Source: Leucoraja ocellata
Taxonomy: Eukaryota
DNA length: 64,000 nucleotides
Direction: 5' to 3'
NCBI GenBank assembly: GCA_036785375.1
Contig: JAWMAR010000535.1
Coordinates: 186,001-250,000, forward strand
The notes beneath the pieces are model-generated. The model was not told the DNA's origin and made no database searches. It saw nothing but the letters and a program-made list of their open reading frames with translations. Each line of letters starts with the position of its first letter. The stretch's first letter is position 1. Position numbers and translations under genes: made by a program. This document shows positions 12,341-26,003 of this stretch, piece after piece.

Positions 12341-13519
12341 CATCTTTCATGTGAGCCAGCACACTTCCATGTGCCTATCTTAAAGCCTCCTATGTGCCAC
12401 ATAGCATGTCTGCCTCAACCACCACCCCAGGCATTGTGATTTAGGCCCTCATTGTTGTAAGCTACCTCCATTAAACCTCCGCACACCTCCATTAAACTTC
12501 CCCCTCCCACCATGCCCTCTAGTGTTGGACTTTTCCATCCTGGGGAGAAGGTTCTGACTGTCTACCTTATTTATGCCTCTCATAATTTGATATACCTCTA
12601 TCAAGTCTTCACTCAACTCCCGACGCTCCAGCAAAAACAATCCAAGTCTATACAACCTCTCCCAGTAGCTTAAACCCTCTAATCTAGGCATGGGTCTTAG
12701 AGAAAGATTCTTCCTCTTCATGACAGAAGACAGGAGCATGAGGTTGAGAGGTCAGCTATGTTTAAATGGTGGAATGGACTCGATGGGCTGTATGCATTAA
12801 GCCTGGGGGATGACTACAGCAGAATACTGAGCTGTAGAATGCATCATGGGGCTGTACACATGAGCATTACATGAAACACCACATTAATACCAAACACCAT
12901 GTGGAAGATTCCAGTGAAGCCTCAGGCTGACTTGGAGCCAATGCATTGTGTTGTTGATGGTGTACTGCAAGAGTACAGCACAGGAGCAGGCCCTTCAGCG
13001 CAGAGGCCTTTGCTGACCTTAAGGCCAATGAAGCTAATTATATAGTGGAGGTGGCACAGTGATGCTGTGATAGAGTTACTGCCTTGCAGCACCCAGTTCA
13101 ATCCTGACTACGGGTGCTGTTTTCAAGAGAGTGTTAGATTTAGCTCTTAGGACTAAAGGAATCAAGGGATATGGGGAAAAAGCAGGAATGGGGTACTGAT
13201 TTTAGTTGATCAGACATGATCATATTGAATGGCAGTGCTGGCTCGAAGGGCCGAATAGCCTATTCCTGCACCTATGTTTCTACGTATGGCCCAATTCTGT
13301 TCCTACGTGTTATGGTCCATCTGTAGATCTTGTTGTAGTCATTATAATCAAATACCTCCATGGCAGGTGTAACTTGGCTCTACACAATTTAAGGTTTCTG
13401 TACAATCCCTCAGTGAAAACATAACTTAGCTGGGTGGCACGGTGCCAAATATCTGTTGTTGTCATAAATAACTGATGGCTTAATAGATTTTATTTAACAT
13501 CAGACATAGATATTTTTTA

Positions 13520-13830
13520 GGGGGCGGCAAGGTGGCACAGCGGTAGAGTTGCTGCTGACAGCACCACAGATTCAGGTTTGATCCTGACTACGATTGCTGT
13601 CAGTACAGAGTTTGTACGTTCTCCTTGTGATCATATGGGTTTTCTCTGGGTGCTCTGGCTTCCTCCCACATTCCAAGGACGCATAGGCTTGTAGGTTCAT
13701 TGGCTTCAGTAAAGGTAGTAAATTGTCCTTAATGTGTGGGATAGTGCTAGTGTACGGGGTGATCACTGGTCAGCCCAGACTCAGTGGGCCGAAGGGCCTG
13801 TTTCCACGCTGTACCTCTAGAGTCTAAAGT
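13520..13830 (+). mobile_element. V-SINE (HE1-like)
   Basis: tggcacagcgg A box, degenerate B box, core and CR1-like tail. Confidence 0.85.
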
Positions 13831-15059
13831 CTTGAACAGCTAAAACTAAATTAAACTTTATAATACAAACCGTCTGTCCTTATTTTGTTTCTTATTTTCT
13901 GCCAAGACTGATCATTCTATATGTATGATTGCTAAGTTGTTTTAGTATGTGCAGGTGGCACATGTTCGGGAGGACTTCCAGGGGGATTTCAAATGCGCTC
14001 TCGTAATTTTGCCCGGATTAGAGGAGGTGCTGGAAAGTCGATGGTGGACCTGCAGTGGAATCTAACATTTGATTGTTATTTAAAGTTGATTCTGGTCTCT
14101 TAATTCACTTCTTATGTTAGCACAAGAAAAGAGAAGATGCCATTGTTCTCAAATAAAATTTTCGGTTCTGAAACTTTATTAAATTTGGTTTCCAGTATGG
14201 TGTTATAAGCTAAAAACTCTACTCACACGATTATACTTGAAGGAGGAGATACAAGACACTGCAGATGTGGAATCTTGAGCAAAATACCAAGTGCTGGAGG
14301 AACTCAGCTGATCAGGCTGCATCAGGATGGAATGGACAAAGAATGGTTTCAGGTCGGGTCCCTTTATCAAACTGGAGAAGGGTCCCGATCCAAAACATCG
14401 TCTGTCCGTTCCGTCCACAGATGCTGCCTGATCCGCTGGTTGCTTATACTTGATGATGTGTCACTGTTGGTAATCAGAATATACATGGAATGTAAATCGT
14501 GGAACATTACAGGGCAAGTGCAGGTCCTTCGGCCCACAATGACCATGCCAAATATGATGCTAGGACCATCTCTTCTCTACCTGTAGTCTATACCTCCATT
14601 CCCTACATATTCACATGCCTTTTTAAATGTAAACACATTGCATTTAAACCTTAGCTTTGTCTTGTATTATAAGGTTCAGCACTGCCAATATATGCGTAAT
14701 AGTCACTTTTAGTTGGTCTTCAACATGGTTCTTGTTATTCCTGGCACATTCTTGAAAGGAGGAAGCAAAAAGCTTTCTTCCTTTTTCTCCAGAAATGTTG
14801 CCTGACCCGCTGAGTTACTTTGTGGCTTTTTTGGTGTAACCTTGTTTCAGCAAAAAGCATAAGTCAGTTTCAAAGCAGCACATGAGCTACCCAGGAACAA
14901 TCTTACATTTTTAAGAACAAGTGAAAGTTTAAATTATCTTTGGACAGTTTGTGGCTGATATCAGTGATTCAGAGCATATACTGTACAACTAAAAGGTCTC
15001 TCGAGCATCCCCCTTTCATTTGCCCCTTGCTCCAACAAAGCATGATTTCCAACCTTGAA

Positions 15060-15675
15060 CCGCACAGTGGTGCAGCAGTAGAGTTGCTGCCTTACAGCGC
15101 CAGAGACCCAGGTTTGATCCTGACTGTGGGTGCTGCCTGTACGAAGTTTGTACATTTGTATGTTCTCCCTGTAACCATGTGGGGTTTACCTGGGTGTCTG
15201 GTTTGCTCCAACACTCCAAAGACATTCAGGTTTGTACGTTTATTAGCTTAGATAAATTGTCCCTGTTGTGTATGATTGAGTAGTGTACGGGGATCGCTGA
15301 TTGGTGCGTCGAAGGGCCTGTTTCCGTGCTGTAACTCCAAATTAAACTAAACTAGTGTACAGGTACTAGTTAGGGTGGCACGGTTGCTGCCTTACAGCAC
15401 TTGCAGCTCCAGAGACCTGGGTTCAACACCGACTACAGGTGCGGTCTGTACTGAGTTTGTACGTTCTTCCCGTTACCGCATGGGTTTTCCCCGCAATCTT
15501 CGGTTTCCTCCCACACTCCAAGGACGTACAGGTTTTTAGGCTAATGGGCTTGGTAAATGTAAAAATTGACCCTAGTGTATGTAGGATAGTGTTAATATGC
15601 GGGGATCATTGGTCGGCACGGACTCAGTGGGCTGAAGGGCCTGTATCCGCGCTGTATCTCTAAACTAAACTAAAC
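15060..15675 (+). mobile_element. Two tandem V-SINE copies (~15060-15352, ~15372-15675)
   Basis: Two tRNA heads, two cores and two aaactaaact tails. Confidence 0.85.
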
Positions 15676-16504
15676 TTATGTACAGTTGATCGCTGGATGG
15701 TACGGACTCGGTGAGCCATTGCAGGCTATATTTCTAAACAAAACTAAACCCCTCTGCATATCCCACTCCTTCAAGATCTCTTGCACCTGAGCGCTTGGTG
15801 ATCTCTCGACCATGTAACATAGTTCAACATTCATCTTGTGAAGTGCTTTGAGTATATTTTACTATGTTCAAGATACTTCATGAATCAAGGCAGTTGCTGT
15901 TGTTCGTTTTTATTGCATGCATTTAAATCACCTCAACCATTGCAATATTTTGTAGTGTGCAGTAATAATATTTATTCTTGTCAGTTTGAGGTTTCTTGTT
16001 GGGTTAAACATTTTCTTTCCTCTTCCTAACCTCTTGCCACCCAAGCAGCTTCCAGCCAATCCAAATACTTTTCTCAGCGGCTGCTACGAACCACCTAGCT
16101 ACTGTTGTGTTGTCAAGGGAACGGCACAAAAACAAATAGCAGTTGTCATGGAAATGTTAGAAAACAACCAGCTGTAGTGTTAATGCAAATGGCACTTTTT
16201 GGTATTTGACTGTAATTAGAATGTACCAAAATGGTTTATTTTACTAACGAAGGAGGCTAAAATGTAAACAGGAAATTGTTCATCGGTTGCAAAAATGCTT
16301 TGACGCTGATGGAGTGAAGTCAGGTGTAAAAAGCAGTTGGAAGCATGCCAGTGGATCTACTTGCCAGTTGACTCTATATGTGTGCTGAATAGAAATGTTT
16401 ACTTTTGTGAGAAAGTTAAATGAGCAATGTCCCTGTAGCAGAATCCTACATTGTATTAATTTTGATTATTCAATATTTTGGCAATGTATAAGATTGTAGA
16501 TCAT

Positions 16505-16790
16505 TCCAGATTCAGGGACAGTTTCTTCCCAGCTGTTATCCTGCAATTGAACAATCCTATCAACAACTCGAGAGCAGTCCTGAGCTACTATCTACCTCAT
16601 TGGAGACCCTCAAACTATCTTTAATCGTACTTTACTGAACTTTATCTTGCGCTAAAAACGTTATTCCATTTAACCTGTATCTGTACACTGCGGACAGCTC
16701 AATTGTAATTATATATAGTCTTTCAACTGCAACAAAAGAGCTTTTCACTGTACCTCGGTACACGTGACAATAATAAACTAAACTAAACTG
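16505..16790 (+). mobile_element. Rex1-type LINE 3' tail
   Basis: ccagattcagggacagtttcttcccagctgttatc (RFRDSFFPAVI) ... gtgacaataa...(aaact)n. Confidence 0.7.
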
Positions 16791-18439
16791 CTATGTGACC
16801 ATCTCTGCCAATACCTTGACACTTAAAGGTCAAATAAGAGAGTCTTCGTTTCATCACAAATAGTTTTTTCCTTCAGTTAATTTTAAACTTAGGGATACAA
16901 AGATATCAGATGCTGGTTTACAAATTGCTGGAGTAATTCAGTGGGTCAGACAGCATCTCTGGGGAATATGGAGAGGTGACTTTATACTTTAGAGATACAG
17001 CATGGGAACAAGCCTTTTGGCACTATTCTACACACTAGGGACAATGTGCAATTTTACAGAAGTCAATTAACCTACACGCCTGTACATCTTTGGAATGTGG
17101 GAGGAAACTGGAGCACCCGGAGGAAACCCACGTGGTCACAGGGAGAATGTACAAACTGCGTACAGACAAATCGAGGTCTCTGGCTCTGTAAGGCAGCAAC
17201 TCCACTGCTGCGCCGCTGTGCCTCCCCTGAAGAGTCTGAACAAGGGTCCCAACCCAAAACATCACCTATCCATGTTTTCCAGAGATACTGCCTGACTCAC
17301 TGAATTACTCCGGCAATTGTTGTCTAATTTTAAACGTAACTATTTTGAAGGTTTTCTGGTGTGTTTATGTGTTGTCATTATATTTATTTGAAGTTGTATT
17401 ATTTTTTACACATTTTAAGGTGTCTTTAATTGTTTTCAGGTTTTTGAATGTGATTCAGGTGATTCATAATCAACACAGTTCTTTGGTAGCCCGAGCAGCT
17501 GGTTCAGCTTTGCCTGTCAAAGCATATCTGTAGGATTAACAATAGGCCAGTTAGATTGACACACACTCAAAATAAGAGCTGCTTGAGTGGGCAAGTGAGC
17601 AGGGAGTCATTGTGATGAAATGTTAGGCTTTCACTATTTTAGCTGCTTCATATGTTAGCTTTCTGATCTGCAACACATCATTGTTCTATTGTGGTGAAAG
17701 ACATAGTGATTTATTGCAATAATTCCTCCAAATCTCATTCAATAATATGCGTGTGCCTACAAGTTGATAACAATATTAAGGGGGAAAGATGCTTTCGTAG
17801 AAAATGGAGTCTGAAGGATCTCAACCCGAAAAATGTAGCCCATTCCTTCTCACCAGAGATGCAGCATGTCCTGCTGAGTTGCTCCAGCATTTGTGTCTAT
17901 CTTCGGTTTAAACCAGCATCTGCAGTTCCTTCTTACACAAAGATGCTTTCTTCCTGATTTAGTTTATCTTGCATCGTTTTCAGCACAGATATTGTGGGTC
18001 GAAACACCTGTTCCTGTGCTGTACTGTTCCATGCTGCATGTTTAAAGCAAGAAGGAATGCAAGGTTTATGTGATCTGATTATTACCATGTTTTTGTGGTT
18101 TCGGCTCACCAAGTTAAAATCGCTACTCACAACGACCCTGCTGCCTTCCAGTGGACTATAGTCCTAACTTGCTCTTCCAGGCTACCCTGAGGAATGCTCC
18201 TGAATGTATCTACAGTCACCTTGGTTTTCCACCTCAAGACAACAAAAAGTATTTATTGACCAAAGTACCAATGATTTATGTGTAGAAAAGACCTTAGATG
18301 CTGTTACCGAAGATGGACAAAAGTGTTGGTGTATCCCAGTGTGTCAGGCAGTATCTCTGGAGAAAAGGCATAGGTGATCTTTTGGGTCGGGACTCTTCTT
18401 CAGGTCGACCAGGCTACTAACAATTTACCTGAAGGAGAG

Positions 18440-18732
18440 ACTCTTTAGACTTTAGCATGGAAACAGGCCCTTAGGCCTGCCCAGTCCGTGCCAACTGGCA
18501 ATCACCCCGTACACTAATGCTATCCTGCACACTAGAGACAATTTTTTACAGAGCCAAAAAACTTACAAACCTGCACGTCTTTGGAGTGTGGGAGGAAACC
18601 GGAGCACCCAGAGAAATCACACACAGTAACAGGGAGAACGTACAAACTCCGTATAGACAGCACACGTAGTCAGGATCGATCCTGGGTCTCTTGCGCTGTA
18701 AGGCAGCAACTCTACTGCTGCGCCACTGTGTC
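18440..18732 (-). mobile_element. V-SINE (HE1-like)
   Basis: Head, core and tail all present on the minus strand. Confidence 0.85.
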
Positions 18733-20324
18733 TCAACTTCTCCAATTCCTGTTATGACTTTCTTTCACTAAACGTCCCACTCCTTTCTCTGACTGCCTAC
18801 CGTGTCCTGCCAGGTGAGGGATTGGTGGGGCACAAGCAGGAGAAGCACAGAAGTATAAACTATCTCAGGTTTCACATTACAGAGACACAGTATGCCCTGC
18901 ATCTCAGAAATTGATATGAATACAGGTATTTAAAGGCCAGAGCCTCGACCTTTACAGCTGCTCCTTATTATGCACAATCTCGTCTGTTTTTAAATAAGAA
19001 AGAAATATGCCATTGCCTGATCTGCATTTGGTCGATAAAGCTGCAAAGGCTGCCAGGGTGAGCGAGCTGTGAGATATGGGAATGAAATTTGAAACCAAGC
19101 TCAGTGAAGTGATGGACATGGCATGGGAGCTTGATTATTGATTGAAATTGCTGTAAGGCGGCCAAAGAAGATACAGTTTACTGAACTTTACCGAATAGCG
19201 AAAGGCCTGGATGTGGAGAGGATATTTCCCCTAGTGGGAGAGTCTAGGACCAGAAGGTACAGCCTCAGAATAAAAGGACATATCTTTAGAAAGAAGACGA
19301 GGAGGGATTTCTTTAGTCAGAGGATGGTGAATCTGGGGAATTCATAGCCACAGGACGTCAATGGATATTTTTAAGGCGGAGATTGACAGATTCTTGATTA
19401 GTCAGGGGTTATGGGGAGAAGGCAGGAGAATGGGGTTGAGAGAGAAAGATAGATCAGCCATGATAGAACGGCGGAGTGGACCTGATGAGCCGAATAGCTT
19501 TATTCTACCCCTATAACTTATGAACTGCAAATGTGGTGAGTGGTAGATTTTTACCATTTGAAGATTGAACTTATGAACCTTGACAACATAGAAATAAAGA
19601 GCTACAGATGCTGCTTGATAGGGACAATAATAAGGCAACTTATGTCAGGCCACAAAAACATCTTCCTACATTGCATTATTTTCTCGGATTAACATTCCCG
19701 ACATTAACAGCTGCCATTATTGTTTCCAAAGCATATGTTCTGCATTATGTTATGGAATGTCTTACTTCCAAATTCTTGCAGCAGTTTGGAAATGTCAGTG
19801 CCCATAACAGATATTTTCTATTGCAGAATTTTGGAGAACATACGCAGGATGTGAAAGCTTAGAGTAATTCTTGTTTAATTCATTCTCTACTGAAGGTAAT
19901 TGTCAATGTTGGTTCTACTACTGGCCACATTTCTTTTGCCTTGTGTTAAAAAGGCACAGTGGCACAGCAGTAGAGTTGCTGGCTTACTGTGCCAGTGGCC
20001 CAGGTTAGACCCTGACTATGGGTGCTGTCCGTAAAGAGTTTGTACGATCCCCTGTGACTGCTTGAGGGGGGGAGGGGGGGGGGGGGGTTACAAATGGAGC
20101 AAGGGGGAAGGGGAGGGGAGTATAGGTAGTTAAACAACCACTGTTCCCCACATTGGTTCTCTTGAGATCACACCTTCCCCAGCCAACAATGAACCAACCA
20201 GGTAGCTCCAAAACATCACCCATCCATGTTCTCCAGACATGCTGCCTGACCCTCCGAGTTGCTTTAAGATTCTGTGTCTATCTTTACCACTAATAATGCT
20301 TGTTTTTTATTTAATGTATTTCAG

Positions 20325-20399
20325 ATTCCAGAAAAGCAGAGACCTTTGAGATAAATCAGACAAAAGACAATGGCTTGAAAACAACAATATCCCTATCAG
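20325..20399 (+). CDS. Gene A exon: membrane-proximal stalk
   Basis: Acceptor tttttatttaatgtatttcag|, donor TCAG|gtaata; 75 nt, phase 1-1; (D)SRKAETFEINQTKDNGLKTTISLS with an NQT sequon. The hydrophobic end runs into the next exon. Confidence 0.7.
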
Positions 20400-21470
20400 G
20401 TAATACGGCACACTGCTTATGCCTTGAAATTTAGTTTAGTTTAATATAGTTTGTCACTTATTTCATGATAGATGGAACAATGGGTTCCTCAAAGACACGG
20501 TATATTGTAACTGGTTAATTGGAGGTTTAAAATTGATTTCAATAAGATTATTATTGCATACAGTAGGTTTATGAATGATGGAATAGTATACATTTTCTTC
20601 CATATCGTAATTCTCCTGGATATGTTTAAAATTAACAGGTACTATCAAAACATTTAAGAGCCATTTGGACAGGTACATAGACAGGATAGTGTTAGAGGGA
20701 CATGGTCCAAATACGAACAGATGGGACTGGTAAAGATGGGGCACCTTGGTTGGCATGGGCCTGTTGGGCCGAAGGGCCTGTTTCCATGCTATATGACTCA
20801 AAGACTCTCTATGACTCTATCATTCAATGTATTTTATTTTGTTGAACATATTTTGCAGAACTATACCAAACGCAGAATCCAGAAACCAGCTTTGTTGTGT
20901 GAAGTGGGCGAACCAGTTGACTAGCAGGGTGAAACAAACTTTTTGACTGTTAAATCTGATCGATGGTGACTGCAGCCCCAAGGTTTCTCAGTCAATTTTT
21001 CTTGCTCCCCTGTTAGTCAGCTACCCACAATGTGACTACACTGATTTTTATATAGCCTGTGGTATTGAGCAATCAAAAATTCACTCACACTCATTGACAT
21101 AAGGATCAGATAAACAATTATACTCAAGGGAGCTTTACTTTATTGCCATCTGCCATAAACAGTTAGAACTTTAATGGTTTCCTGTACTGAGAGTATTTGC
21201 CTTTCATCTTTGATCTTTCAGTAATAATATTCAGGATCCCAACAATAAATGAGTTTACATTAGAGCCGCTACTGGCATTTTTTTCAGTTACAGGGAACAT
21301 TATACATTTTATTACATTTGAACACATTTTGAATTCGCTCACATGTGTTTAAGACCATAAGGCAAACATAAACCTTTATAATCTGCTTATTAAAGTGTTT
21401 TTTTCTTAAAATAAGTTGTTTGTTAATTAATAAATGTACAATCCAATTTATTAACTACTATTTATGACAG

Positions 21471-21554
21471 TGTCAATCGTTGGAGTCATTTTGGGAGTGA
21501 TCATTATACTTCTTTGGATTAAAAGGAAATCAGCTTGGAGAGCAACATCAAGGG
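21471..21554 (+). CDS. Gene A exon: transmembrane helix and juxtamembrane basic cluster
   Basis: Acceptor tatttatgacag|, donor AGGG|gtaaga; 84 nt, phase 1-1; (V)SIVGVILGVIIILLWIKRKSAWRATSR is an uncharged hydrophobic run followed by KRK. Confidence 0.8.
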
Positions 21555-23137
21555 GTAAGAAACCAGCTCTACAAGACTATGTGTGACGTAGATTGGCAAG
21601 CAACTCTTTTTTTACATTTGAAGTACTATTCCTCCGTACTGTGCTGTTGTATGCTCTGTGTCACTAATGTGTCTACAGAAGTAATTAGAAATTTATCTTT
21701 CCCTCAGAAATCCTCCTTGAAGTTACACTCTATGAGGATGTTGCCCGGAATAGAGGGTCTGAGCTATAGGGAGAGGTTGGGCAGGCTAGGACTTTATTCC
21801 TTGGAGCGCAGGAGGCTAAGATCATGAGGGGAATAGAAAGGGTGAATGCACATTTTTTTTAGACAAGGCAAGGACATCAAGAACCAGAGGACATGCTTTT
21901 AAGGGGAGAGAGAAAAGATTTAATTGGAACCTGAGAGGCAACAATTTCACACACAGGTTAGTGGATATATGGAACGAGCTGCTGGAGGAGGTAGTTGCGA
22001 CAGGTACGAGAACAACAGCTAAAAGACATTTGGATGGGTACATGGCTAGGCAAGTTAGAGGTTTATGGACCATACACAGGCAGGAGCGACTAGCTTACGT
22101 CAACATAAGCAAGTTGGCCGAAGGGCCTGTTTCCGTGCTACATGGCTCTATGCCTTGCAAGTACAAGATAAACTCTTGGCTCATGAATGTATCAGAGGAA
22201 GAGGGGATTTGATTTTTCTGCCATATGATATGATAAGGGCACTAGGAGATGTTACTATTAAAGGAAAATCATAACTTCTGAAAGAATATATTCACAATTT
22301 TGTTAACATTTGACAAGCTCAGTTCCAGGTAACTTCACGTCAAATATATCTTTTCATGAATTTCTCTGTGTGCTATCAAATGAATGCAACAAAGGAAAGG
22401 AAAGCAATAGGCATGTATTGACAATATTTCAAACAGAATATTAATTATGTCTGCCAAAATTATGAAACAATATTTTTTTAATGCTTTTGTAATTTCATGA
22501 AAGAAAATCTAAATATGAAAAATCAAGTTGGCTGTTGATAGTGGTCCCAAAAGGAACCATTAATGGACACACAAGCAACTGCAGATGTTAGGATCTTGAG
22601 CAAAATGCAGCATTGGTGGAAGTCAGCGAGTAATGGAATAGACTGATTACTTTTGGGTCGGGACCATGAATGCCCATTCCCTCCTCAGATGCAGCTGTTT
22701 AAAAACTACCAAATAATGAAAGGTCTAGGTAGAATGGGCATGGAGAGGATGTTTCCAGTAGTGGGAGAGTCCAGGACCAGAGGGCACAGCCTCGGAATAA
22801 AAGAACATATCTTTAGAATGGAGATGAGGAAGAAAGGACGCAAAGAGTTGGAGTATGATTGGTTTTACTGTATTTTAACGTTGTTGTTTTACCTGCTTTT
22901 AACTATTTATACTGTTCCATCAGGGACTGGATTGTTTTTAGTGTTATTATGTGTGAAATGTTTTAAATTTCATGTGCGATGCTCCGGTATTCCCTGGGAA
23001 AAGTCTTTTCATTTCGCACTGTACAACTGTTGCTTGCAAGATGACAATAAAGGTTGATTGATTGATTGATTGATTGGTTGAGTAATTCAGCGGGTTAGGT
23101 AGCATATCCGGAGAACATGAAAATGTGACATTTCATT

Positions 23138-23166
23138 CTGAAGATGGGTCCCGACCCGAAATGTTC
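23138..23166 (+). ncRNA. Hammerhead-like motif (Penelope pLTR), sense to gene A
   Basis: CTGAAGA-T-GGGTC-CC-GACCC-GAAA is retained, but stem III and the cleavage region are altered (TGTTC). Confidence 0.4.
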
Positions 23167-23558
23167 TCCAGAGATGCTGCTTGATCCTCTGAGTTACTCC
23201 ACCACTTTGTGTCCTTTTGTGTAAACCAGCATCTGCAGTTCCTTGTTTCTATGGGAAATTTGTTTGGCCAAGAGAGTGTTGAATCTGTAGAATTCATTGT
23301 TACAGATGGCTGTGGAAGCCAAGGTTTTGGAATTTTTTTAAAGCAGAGATTGATATGTTCTTGATTAGTAAGGACGTCAAAGGTTATATTAACTGTGACC
23401 TCCAATATTAAACACATTAAAGGCAGGTAAATGTTAATAGCATGTGTATGAGAATCAAAAATAGAAATGTTGTATTTTAGATTGTGCCTTAATTATGACA
23501 TGAGTTTTTTTTTACAACATGTTTGTAGAGTTCTAGTTTTGCTCTTTTTTCCTTGCAG

Positions 23559-23634
23559 TAAATAGATTTTCACTACCAACCAAGTCTAGAGAATATCCAA
23601 TTTACGGTAATTGGAATGGGTCAAGATATACCTG
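23559..23634 (+). CDS. Gene A exon: cytoplasmic segment (acceptor and frame ambiguous)
   Basis: Strong acceptor ctcttttttccttgcag| and consensus donor CTG|gtaagt. From 23559: (V)NRFSLPTKSREYPIYGNWNGSRYT (phase 1 to 2). From the alternative AG at 23566: (D)FHYQPSLENIQFTVIGMGQDIP (phase 1-1). Confidence 0.6.
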
Positions 23635-24247
23635 GTAAGTAGGTTACAGCAAGATGTTAACCCTATTACCTCTATAGGTTATCAGCTGACGTGTTAAACA
23701 AAATACTCTAAACCAAGGTCTAGTATGGAGATGCTGCCTGACCCGCTGAGTTACTCAAAATTTTGTGTCTATCTTTAGTATAATCCAACAAGGTTCTGTA
23801 ACCAGAAAACCGGTGGTGAACCTGTACTTTGGTCATATATATGGTAGCCATCTGATCAGCCGTGCCTTTCATTTCAACTCTTCTTCTCATCCACAAGGCC
23901 AAATGTTTTAGCCTTGAACTGATATTTTTTCTCTAATTTCAGTTTTATCATCCTCTAGCCCTCTTCAAGCCACCCTTACCATACAACCCATTGCTTGCTT
24001 CCTCAACCTAATTCCCAATTATTCATCTGAAATCCCAGTTTTTATTCCTGGCTCCCAGAGTAACAAGTGTTGCGTTTTATTCACTCAAGTAAATGGCCTT
24101 TGCTATCAACATCGTTTTCATCAAAAAATCAAATCTTGTCCTGAGCATACAAACTGTCGGTCCAAACATTAATCTTCTCCTTACTGAGGTCCATACTGTA
24201 TTCTTATAACTATGTGTCTGTATTTATTGGAAGTCCCTTCAAAAGTT

Positions 24248-26003
24248 GTGTGGTGCTCAGACGTGGCAGTCCTGTCCACCTCCTGCTCTCCACACCTCGA
24301 ACATCTGGCGGTGAAGTGCCGTCCCTTCTACCTTCCGAGGGAATTCACCTCCATCATCCTGACTGCGGTCTACATCCCACCCCAGGCAGATGTCCGTCTG
24401 GCACTGGAGGAGCTGCACGCCATGGTCAACAAACACCAGACGTCTTGCCCCGAGGCATTTACCACCATTGCTGGGGACTTCAATAAGGCAAACCTCAAGA
24501 AATCACTCCCTAACTTCCACCAACATGTCTCCTGCTGCACCAGAGGACCAAACACCCTGACCACTGCTACACCACCATCAACCTTTCACTTCTGAGGTCT
24601 GAGGTTCCCATCTGCTTCAAAAGGGCATCCATTATACCAGTGCCCAAGAAGAATAAGGTGATGTGCCTCAATGACTATCGACCAGTGGGACTAACGCCGG
24701 TAGTGATGAAGTGCTTTGAGAGGCTGATCATGGAGCAAATCAACTCCTACCTCGACACAAACCTGGACCCACTGCAGTTCGCTTACCGTCACAACAGATC
24801 GACGGCGGATGCGATCTCACTGGCTCTCCACTCCGCTCTGGACCACTTGGACAACAAAAACTCATATGTCAGGCTGTTATTCATTGATTACAGCTCGGCA
24901 TTCAACACAATCATCCCCTCCAAACTGGTTACCGAACTCGCAGAACTGGGTATCTACGCAGCCCTCTGCAACTGGATCCTCGACTTCCTCATCCACAGAC
25001 CACAGTCTGTTCGTATTGGTGGAAATGTGTCAGCCTCGATAACAATCAGCACGGGAGCACCTCAAGGCTGCGTGCTCAGCCCCCTGCTGTACTCACTCTA
25101 TACTCATGACTGCGTAGCCGGTCATAGTGGGAACTCCATCATCAAGTTCGCTGACGACACCACTGTTGTGGGACGTATCACTGATGAGGATGAGTCAGAG
25201 TATAGAAGAGAGATTGAGTGACTGTTCATATGGTGCCAGCACAATAACCTAGCCCTCAACACCAGCAAAACCAAGGAACTGATTGTGGACTTTGGAAGGA
25301 GTAGGATGGGGACCCACAGCCCCGTTTATATCAACGGGTCAATGGTTGCAAGGGTCAAGAGCTTCAAATTCCTGGGCGTGCACATCTCTGAAGATCTTTC
25401 CTGGTCCGAGAACACTAATGCAATCATCAAGAAAGCTCATCAGCGCCTCTACTTCCTGAGAAGATTACGGAGAGTCGGTTTGTCAAGGAGGACTCACTCT
25501 AACTTCTACAGGTGCACAGTAGAGACCATGCTGACTGGTTGCATCGTGGCTTGGTTCGGCAACTTGAGCACCCTGGAGAGGAAGAGACTACAAAAAGTAG
25601 TAAACACTGCCCAGTCCATCATCGGCTCTGACCTTCCTTCCATCGAGGGGATTTATCGCAGTCGCTGCCTCAAAAAGGCTGGCAGTATCATGAAACACCC
25701 ACACCATCCTGGCCACACACTCATCTCCCTGCTACCTTCAGGTAGAAGGTACAGGAGCCTGAAGACTGCAATGACCAGGTTCAGGAATAACTACTTCCCC
25801 ACAGCCATCAGGCTATTAAACCTGGCTCGGACCAAACTCTGAACATTAATAACCCATTATCTGTTATTTGCACTTTATCAGTTTATTTATTCATGTGTTT
25901 TGTAGTCAATGCCTATTATGTTCTGTTGTGCTGAAGCAAAGCAAGAATTTCATTGTCCTATCAGGGACACATGACAATAAACTCTCTTGAACTTGAACTC
26001 TTG
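24248..26003 (+). mobile_element. Rex1/Babar-clade LINE, 5'-truncated and internally deleted
   Basis: APE-domain remnant (VYIPP, IAGDFN) is joined at ~24580 to the RT ([21 protein letters not shown]), with one stop at 25219-25221. It has a (cttgaa)n tail and a 7-bp TSD AAAAGTT at 24241-24247 and 26004-26010. Confidence 0.92.

Noticed and set aside
17345-17533. Hydrophobic ORF as an alternative TM exon
   Set aside because: T-rich composition; the phase-1 frame hits a stop after 12 codons.
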